Shown here one piece after another: positions 52,101-64,000 of a DNA stretch of 64,000 nt. The DNA is from Paraspadella gotoi (Eukaryota > Animalia > Chaetognatha). The notes below the pieces were generated by a model. It saw nothing but the letters and a program-made list of their open reading frames with translations, did not search any database and was not told the DNA's origin. The translations under genes were made by a program, and so were the position numbers. The stretch lies in the NCBI GenBank assembly GCA_051294375.1, contig CM119269.1, positions 7,995,225-8,059,224 of the forward strand, in the 5' to 3' direction. Positions within the stretch are counted from its first letter, which is position 1, and every line of letters begins with the position of its first letter.

Positions 52101-55100
52101 TGCTTGGTATCGTCGGCCTTCGCTCTGGGGTCGTCTCATAGGTAGAAATCTTACTATGAAATTAAATTCAATAGGGGCGGGGGTTCAAAAATTTAGGTAA
52201 AAAAAAGAATTTTTTAACAAAAAGTTCGATTTTAATGCTTTTTTATTGTTGCTATTAAATTACAATATTACTATATAATGATAAAATTTTTTTTAATCAA
52301 TCTTAACTTTTTTTGATGGATCTGATAGAGCATAAAAAAAGTTAAATAAAAAAATAACTACAACTTTCAAAAATATTTATGTTTTCTTGGTCAAAATTAA
52401 GAAAAAGTAATAAAATTATCGAAAAATGATGATGATGATTATAATAAATAGATTTTTCATATTTTTCACACCACTTATTATCAAAATATCGAAAAAAGAA
52501 TTATACTTTGTGTAGACACTTTTTGCAAGCTACCTGAATCTGATCTTAAAAATAAAAAAAATTTGAAAAAAATTTTTAGCGTTTCCTATTTATAAATAAA
52601 TAATAAAAAAATTAATATATGGAGTATGAAGTAATATTAAAAAAATTTGTCTATTCAAATTTGTTAAAAAATGTCTAAATTTTCGTTTGAGCAGGTGCTT
52701 AATTCAAATTTCTTAACCACCTTACTGAGTTAGTCTCCCCCTACCATAGGAATCGGAAAGAATTTCCGAGGCTTTTAAAGACGCCGGTTAGAATATGCTT
52801 GGCGGCGTCGTTGACATTTTTGGGCTTGGGCTTTATACCTTTTTCCATCGATCTTTATTTGGACAAGATTCGTGGGGGAGACAAGTCGACGGTGAAAAAG
52901 AAAGAAGCTTTTTGTTTTTCGTTGAATCTGATCGAAGTCATTTTGGAATCTTTTTTACAATTACTCTTGCAAACGGTTTTACTTTTTATCACAACAACAA
53001 GCGGAACCAAGGAACAATGTTTTTTAAAAAATGGTAAATAATCTTTTTTATATATTTTTTCAAAAATATTTTTTATGGGCCATGGAAACCCGTTCTTTTC
53101 TAAAATATAGAATGGTTTCGACCATATGCCTTTCTTTTTCAGGGGTAATCGGAATTGCATACGGCGTTGACAACGATGGGGTCGTACGTAATCTCAGCAT
53201 AGAATGCGTTTGCGATAGAGATTCACCTCATTCTCTTGGGGGTTTCAACTTTTCAACGTGCAAATGGCGAATAAACAACTGGTTCTTATTTATATCCCTT
53301 GCGCTCTCGACCGTCAGCCTGGCAAGGACTTCTGCCGCTTTGAGGGATAATTATTTTTCGAGACGTTTCTCAAAACGCAGGAGAGTTTTTACAATTTGCA
53401 AAATCGTGGGCGCCCTTCAGGCAATCGTGGGGACGTCGGTCTCTCTCTACGTCGTTTGCATCCTTGCTGTTAGAGTCAATCCCTTTGTTTTCATTGGAAC
53501 TCCGTTGATTTTATTTAGGGTTTTTATGCCGTCAGATCTCAAAGAATTCGGAAAAGATTTGGCAAGAAATATCAACTTTCGTACAGAAGATGTCAACTAT
53601 GCAAAACTTCGCGTCCAAGTTGGCGAATATGCGATCTCAATGTGTTTCAGCACGTTGTTGTTTTCGGTGCTCGCCACAGCGGACGAGCATCTTAAAGTTG
53701 GTTTCACGTACGGGGATTCGTCAATAGGCTGGGGTTTCGCCAAAATCAAGTATAAATTCATGCCAATGGTCAAGCTTTTCGATTTTCGTCTTAGAAATCC
53801 ATGGAGTCTTCATGATAACTTTGAACGTTGGCTTCTTTGGAACCCCAAGGTTGAAAAGTGTTTCGTTACTAAAAATGTCATTGGAAAATTAGAGTGGGAA
53901 CAAACTTTCTCGAAACTCGGCTACGAGGGTAATACTAAACGCTGCAATCAATTGTTGAATACTGCCAACCCTGAGCTCCTATATCATATAAACGAACACT
54001 TTTTTAGTATCGGCAACTATTTTTACTTTGATCCAGGAGATATTTTACTTCTTAGTTTAGTTTTAGGCGATCTAATTTTTGGATTTGTACATTTTTTGAT
54101 CGTATTACGTGCTCATAAAATACTTTTGAATGCTCTACCATTTGTGACCGGTCTATTTTCCGTAATAGTTCTGGTTCTAAGTAATATCATTTTTAGTATT
54201 TTTGATTATTCTGAAATTATTATGAAGGAAGTTCCTGATATAATTTTTAAATTTGATCAATTCAAACGTTTAATGTCATATTTTTTCCAACTGACTTGTG
54301 TCATTCTGATTTTGATTTTGCCCAAAAAAATTTTCGAGTCCCATAAAATAGCTCAATCAATTGAATTTATATCGAGAGGCACAGTTTTTTTATGTTGTTC
54401 CGTCTTTGTATTAAACTGTATAAGAGGAGAGACGGTTATGCAAAATATCGAAAAACATATTCAAGAAGTTTTGAAAGTGCGTCAGGCATGTCGTGACGAA
54501 AATTACAATCTGACAACCAGCGTGCATCTTAGAGAAGTCTTTTCGAACGATATACTACCAGTCGCAGTTTATGCTTTCTTAAATAAAAATCTCTATTTTT
54601 ATATATTCACTTCAGTACTACCTATCACGGTTACTTTATCAGAAATTATAATTTCTAGGATTAGTAATTTAAATCATCGCAATAGATACTTTCTCTGTTT
54701 TCATACATTTTTTTACACCGCTCAGTATTTATTTCTTAAAAAATATGCCGATTCGAAAGGTACGATTTCTCATGCACACAATAGTTCTCATATTGTAGTT
54801 TATAAGTCATCAAGGCATATAAAGTTTCAATCAATATTTTCAAAAATTACAATTTTTTACATTTATTTACTGAAAAGTTGCCCGGTTCTAAATGAATTAA
54901 AAACTGTTTTCTTTAAACAGTTTAAAGAGTTTAATGACCTCGAATGGAACAATTTTACAGAAACTTTGGATAAAACTGTCACCGAATTTTATTCCTTTTC
55001 CTGTTTTTTTTTTCTTATTTTACCTTCTGCATTAATAATCTTTCATCCATTAACTTAGCAGGAGTTGAAGAATCAACAACTTTAGAAATTTAAATTAACA

Positions 55101-57041
55101 ATGCCGGATCTGCAAATTTATTATTATTCGATGTTCTGACATGATTTAAGTGACTTACCGACAATATAAGCTTGTAAAATATTCATGATTATATAATATA
55201 TAATGATAATGACGGCCTAATAATTAATTAATTTTTGTCTTTTCTGAGAAATTACTCTTCTCGTGTTTTTTCTTGAAATATAAAAAAATTCGTGATCTTC
55301 TTAATTTTTTTTCTTTTTTATATAGAAAAAGCGGGATATTGAAGAGGCTGGTTTTATAGGGCGCCACACCCGCAGCGGTGTCACCTCGTGGCGACAGGAG
55401 CGACAGTATGTTCATGTAGTCCAGAGCTTTGGATCTGGCAGTAGGCCCATGCCTACAGGCGGGTTACCCGGTCCATCCCACTTTCTACATGACACCTCAG
55501 GGCTCGAACCAGGACGCACAATTGGGATGGTGCATTAGTCCACCACTGCGAAAAGAAACAGCTTTAATCCATCTGTGGTGATAGGACCACCAGACAGCCC
55601 GCCCCAGGACTCTCACATATGAGAGTACAAAGTAGGGGATGAAGCGTATGTCTCTCCGCTGAACCTCTCTTCATTCTGGTGCTTGCTTTGAGTGGCAGCT
55701 GTGTAGCTCAAACCACATCAAGGGCAGAGTAGTATATTTTTGCTGCCTGTTTTGCGTGTTTGGATCACGTCGGGCTCACCATTGAAGAGGCTGGTTTTAC
55801 AGGCGCCCACACCCGCAGCGGTATCACCTCGTGGAGACAGCGAGACAGCATGTTCATGTAGTCCAGAGCTTGGATCTGGCTGTAGGCCATGCCTACAGGC
55901 GGGTACCCAGTCCATCCCACTTTCTACATGACAACCTCAGGGCTCGAACCAGGGACGCACATTGGGATGGTGCATTAGTCCACTGAGCCACTGAGGCGCT
56001 GCGAAAGAAACAGCTTATTCCATCTGTGGTGATAGGACCAACACACAGAATATTGAAATTATTACGTTTCATGACTGCCGTTATGCAATATGATTTGTAA
56101 ACCCTAAACCTTAGGGTTTATTTTTTAGGCTAAAGAATAAAGAAGTTTGAGTAAAAAATTCCCGATCTTTTTTCCCTAATTGTTTAATACAATTTTTTAA
56201 AATTCATTTTCACCCCTTTTTATTACGTTCTTATTATAATTGATTTTTCTTTCTATCATATTCACTCATTATAATTGATTTTTCTTTCTATCATATTCAC
56301 TCATTTTTTTTATTTTCTACTAGCACGATTTTATCGAATCTAGTTCATTCATTCACTTTCCTACACATACACAAAATTTCAAATCATCCAACCAATCATG
56401 AGTATAGTAGCTAGGACGGACCCATTTTTTAAAAAATATGACCTTTCGAGATGTTCAAAAAGATTAACTGAAACAAAAGTGGGGGTGGACCGGGAGATCG
56501 AGAAAAAGAATTATAGAGCCAAGTTAATAAACTAAACCATGAGGCAGTCTCGATTTAAAAGTTGCAGGGTTTTTGCTACAATACTCGTTTTGAAGAACCG
56601 GGAAAAGTCCAGGGGGGTTGTAACTTTTTTGGGACGTATGTATGTAATACATACTATGTATGTTTGTATGTATGTTAATTAAGATCTTGTAAAATAGATA
56701 ACCTGTCCCAAGTCGGGAGGCTTAAAAGCTTATTTATTGAATGAATGGATAATTTTGTATTAGTTGTAGCTCTTTATTATCCTTACCTTTTCGTAAACTC
56801 ACCTTACCTTCTCCAGATTCGTATCACCAAAGAAAATCATGTGCTCGGGCGACGACTGGAAAACAGCAAGCCCCGCTACACCAGTGGAAACCTGAAGGAC
56901 CACGTCAAGCAGCACAAATACTTGATGTCTCTGCTTGACAGGTCGACCAAGGACTGGACCATGCGGGGCAAAGCCAAGCCCGCCCTATGGAAACCCAGCC
57001 GGTTCCCCAAATCCAGACAATCAAACGTTCACTACAGGTGA
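48560..57041 (+). CDS. CFAP97 domain-containing (CFAP97D/KIAA1430/Hemingway-family) protein, ~187 aa; exons 48560-48772, 49286-49411, 56817-57041
   Basis: YQLHRAKL..LDTTSP..NLKKLQ..|VEYEN..IDNWN.Y..KSLNRDAR..|IRITKEN..RL..KP.Y matches the CFAP97D1/2 motif pattern; phase-0 GT-AG junctions. Confidence 0.85.
49914..50095 (+). mobile_element. Repeat family 1: hairpin + tRNA-like head (49947-50018) + type-P5 twister-like ribozyme (50022-50095)
   Basis: Acceptor-like stem GCGGCCA/TGGCCGC and B-box-like GGTTCTAGCCC, followed by GCAGTT-AA-GAGG-GA-CGG-GGCTCT-TAA-CCC-GC-[P3]-CCTGA-TCCGAAGC-TCAGG-GACTGT. A second copy lies at 63107-63262 (-). Confidence 0.82.
50954..51192 (+). mobile_element. Repeat family 3 unit with internal deletions (twister P4 lost)
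   Basis: Matches 44716-45047; begins and ends with AATTTCATA; retains GAGT-GA-TGG-AGGCCT-TAA-ACC-AC-CAAAG. Confidence 0.78.
51228..51795 (-). mobile_element. Possible second Helentron/DINE-1-like element
   Basis: Minus strand starts AACAAG, has an (ACCG)n microsatellite (~51288-51302) and ends in a GC-rich hairpin (GCTC..GAGC) followed by an AT-rich tail. Confidence 0.4.
51936..55058 (+). CDS. XK-related-like polytopic membrane protein (~801 aa; exons 51936-52141, 52750-53033, 53143-55058), nested in a CFAP97D intron
   Basis: In-frame GT-AG junctions; XK-family-like motifs LDLGSD, EVILESFLQLLLQ and ISLALSTVSLA; many hydrophobic segments. Confidence 0.72.
55338..56040 (-). mobile_element. 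Repeat family 2: two ~255-bp direct repeats (55338-55588, 55781-56040), each with tRNA-like head + twister-like ribozyme, around a ~190-bp spacer
   Basis: Minus strand A box TGGCTCAGTGG and B box GGTTCGAGCCC; twister-like folds at 55412-55492 and 55854-55931 with 8-bp P5 TCATGTAG/CTACATGA. Confidence 0.82.
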
Positions 57042-57457
57042 CAATAGGAACGCTGGAAAAGCTGAAGTAGATTAAAATTAGGAGCTCTATTTTAATTATT
57101 AACTTTGCAACAAAGTAGGTACGGAGTGAGTTTCTGTGATGAAATTGAGTAATTTGTAATCTGTATTCATGGATTAATTGGCGAAAAGATATAGTGGATG
57201 TACTATTTTATTAGTGATTAAGATGAAAAAGACAATTGATTGAAATTGTTACGGGGCGAATAATAAATTATTAGACGCGCAAACGAAATGTTTTAATTGT
57301 CAATATATAATTTTTGAAATGAATAAAAGTTCGAAGACGAAAGTTTACGCCTGACGAATGCAATCACAAGTAGTAATTAGCTAATTAAAATTACGTAATA
57401 AATTTTAACATCCTAAACCCTCTTTCCCTACCGCCCACAAAACCCAGTTACCTCCCC

Positions 57458-58343
57458 NNNNNNNNNNNNNNNNNNNNNNNNNNNNNNNNNNNNNNNNNNN
57501 NNNNNNNNNNNNNNNNNNNNNNNNNNNNNNNNNNNNNNNNNNNNNNNNNNNNNNNNNNNNNNNNNNNNNNNNNNNNNNNNNNNNNNNNNNNNNNNNNNNN
57601 NNNNNNNNNNNNNNNNNNNNNNNNNNNNNNNNNNNNNNNNNNNNNNNNNNNNNNNNNNNNNNNNNNNNNNNNNNNNNNNNNNNNNNNNNNNNNNNNNNNN
57701 NNNNNNNNNNNNNNNNNNNNNNNNNNNNNNNNNNNNNNNNNNNNNNNNNNNNNNNNNNNNNNNNNNNNNNNNNNNNNNNNNNNNNNNNNNNNNNNNNNNN
57801 NNNNNNNNNNNNNNNNNNNNNNNNNNNNNNNNNNNNNNNNNNNNNNNNNNNNNNNNNNNNNNNNNNNNNNNNNNNNNNNNNNNNNNNNNNNNNNNNNNNN
57901 NNNNNNNNNNNNNNNNNNNNNNNNNNNNNNNNNNNNNNNNNNNNNNNNNNNNNNNNNNNNNNNNNNNNNNNNNNNNNNNNNNNNNNNNNNNNNNNNNNNN
58001 NNNNNNNNNNNNNNNNNNNNNNNNNNNNNNNNNNNNNNNNNNNNNNNNNNNNNNNNNNNNNNNNNNNNNNNNNNNNNNNNNNNNNNNNNNNNNNNNNNNN
58101 NNNNNNNNNNNNNNNNNNNNNNNNNNNNNNNNNNNNNNNNNNNNNNNNNNNNNNNNNNNNNNNNNNNNNNNNNNNNNNNNNNNNNNNNNNNNNNNNNNNN
58201 NNNNNNNNNNNNNNNNNNNNNNNNNNNNNNNNNNNNNNNNNNNNNNNNNNNNNNNNNNNNNNNNNNNNNNNNNNNNNNNNNNNNNNNNNNNNNNNNNNNN
58301 NNNNNNNNNNNNNNNNNNNNNNNNNNNNNNNNNNNNNNNNNNN
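57458..58343. other. Assembly gap (further 10-N gaps at 59116-59125 and 59196-59205)
   Basis: Runs of N. Confidence 1.
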
Positions 58344-59502
58344 TCGACTCAGCCGGGTGGACCGCCGCATCAACGAGGATGTCGCAGCGTCTCGCCGAGC
58401 ACCACTCGCCAGAGATGGTGGACGCTTTCGAGACGTTTCTCTCCTGGCTGCAGAATCCGTACAGTTTCTACGCGGGAAAGGTTGGTCGAGTTAGTCCGTA
58501 CGTCTCTCAATCTGTCATTCTATTAATCTCCCTTCTCTCCCCCCCCCAAACAGGCCCGCGAGGCCATCGTCGACGGGGACGTGGACGGTCTCGTCTCACT
58601 CCTTATCACTCGAGCCGAAGAGGGTCACATGCCGATGGTTCGAAAGATGTACCGCAAGAAATGGGAAGCGGACATCGTGGACGACGTCGGGGCGGCGGTG
58701 CCGGGCGGCGTCGGCAAGCTTCTCGTCGACGCCGCCAAGATGACCAAGATGTTGACGCCGACGCTGGAGCCGCGAAAGTCGAGCGACGTAGGCGGGGGTG
58801 GCGGCGCTGGGGATGGCGCCGTGGCGGTGCCATCTGCGGTTCCATCGAAGGGGAGCGAGGAAACTTCGTCGGAGAGTTCCTCCGTTAAGAGAAAGAAGAA
58901 AGGAAAGGAGGAAGTGGAGGAAATTAGGAAAGAGGAGGAAAGAAAAGATGAAGGGAGGAAAGGAGAGGAGAAAGAAAGAGAAGAGACGGTGCCCGAAATT
59001 CGAGTCGGTCAGTCTGACGTGGCGTCGAACAAGTCGGGCAGAGGAAGCGAAAAATATGCGAAGAAACGAGAGGGGAAAGGGGGGAAAGAATCGGGCAGAG
59101 AAGAGGGTAAAGAAGNNNNNNNNNNGAGGGGAAAGGAGGGAAAGAATCGGGCAGAGAAGAGGGTAAAGAAGCGGGCAAGGAAGCGGGCAAAGAAGNNNNN
59201 NNNNNGCGATCAGTGAAGGGAAGAAGTCGTCCTCTGCCTCAACGAAAAAGTCAGCAGCGTCGGTGGCGTCGGCAGCTGCGTCCGCTGCATCGGTATCCAA
59301 ACCCGCAGCCGCGTCGTCGTCGTCGCCGAGACTCTCCGCTTCTAATAAAGAAACGAAAAAATCGGAATCGACAACTTCGGCCAAAACCGCTTCCGCCGGC
59401 TCGAGCAAAACCGCTTCCGCTAAACCCGCTTCCTCCGCCAAGTCCGGAGTCGAAGGCAGCAGAAGCGAAAAAAGCGTGAGGAGCGAAAAAAGCAAATCTT
59501 AA
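58344..59502 (+). CDS. 3' part of a divergent annexin-like gene with K/E/S-rich tail (exons <58344-58480, 58554-59502)
   Basis: DAFETFLSWLQNPYSFYAGK|AREAI..LVSLLITRAE..MVRKMYRKKW..IVDDVGAAVPGGVGKLLV aligns by eye with annexin repeat 3-4. The 5' part lies in the gap and the tail frame is broken by N runs. Confidence 0.6.
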
Positions 59503-60121
59503 GTTAATAAATAATTTAAGTTTAATGAAAACCCCATTAATTTTACTGCGCTATCGCTTTCACTGCCCTATTTTCTCTGACAAAAACACAAATGAAATTT
59601 AATGTACAATTTAGTCACGTAATTTCAATGCTTCAACGCAACATTCAGTACAATTTACAATTTACAACAAAATTTTAAATCGTAACCCGAGTTTCTTTTC
59701 ATACAACCACTTAACACTTCATATTATTTTTTTTTAAATTAAATAGTCTGTTTTCACGCTTTAATAAAGTAACGAAGGCTGCTTGTAAATTATGTTTACG
59801 AATTGTGACAATACTTTTAACAAACGTTCGAAGCGACGAATAATCAGTGCATTTTATACAAGTTTTATAGAAATTTTTGACTATTTTTATCATATGTATT
59901 TGTAAGTATAAGACTCTTTAATGTATTTTATTCCGATGTGAAATGATGTAATAATTGATTTTTATGTTCGCAATTATAGGCGATGATGTCACAAGAGTCT
60001 TTTAATCAATGTGAAACGTGATTGCAAATTTATTCGCAAAAAGAAAAAAAAAACATATCAAATTCAAAAACAAAACGAAATAAAAAGTTAAACAAAAATA
60101 ATAAACCGAAAACAAGAGCGC

Positions 60122-63879
<3,758 letters not shown>

Positions 63880-64000
63880 GTAAAAAAAAAAACAAAGAAA
63901 AAAAAATGACGAAACAGAAACGAAACAGAATTTTGGCGTTGATGACGTCGTTCGTGATGTAATTCTCGTCATCGTCATCGTCAACGAAAAAGATATTTTT

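Noticed and set aside
55350-55410. HDV-like ribozyme suggested by TCACCTCGT
   Set aside because: I could not build the nested double pseudoknot.

Overview
Animal (probably arthropod/invertebrate) genomic DNA: AT-rich introns, GC-rich exons, many (AG)n microsatellites, four assembly gaps and scattered single-base indels that look like uncorrected long-read errors. I reconstructed by hand 12 protein-coding genes. They are a divergent Rheb/Ras-like GTPase with a long N-terminal extension, an intronless TFIIF-alpha (RAP74), a BTB + 5x C2H2 protein, a low-complexity zinc-finger/RGG protein, a small PPxY single-pass membrane protein, a putative tail-anchored protein, a cholinesterase-like esterase, a BTB-BACK protein, a CFAP97D-like gene, an XK-related gene nested in its intron, an annexin-like fragment and the 5' part of CFAP70. 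Repeats include two TA-flanked MITEs, Helentron/DINE-1-like elements and Penelope-type minimal hammerhead motifs. The most striking observation is that three otherwise unrelated short repeat families each carry what reads as the same variant type-P5 twister ribozyme. Its pseudoknots covary between families, P2 is bulged, and P1 is reduced to a 6-nt (near-)palindrome. Two families occur as tandem or direct repeats, which suggests dimer-activated twister retrozyme-like elements. All homology calls come from motif recognition, not database searches.
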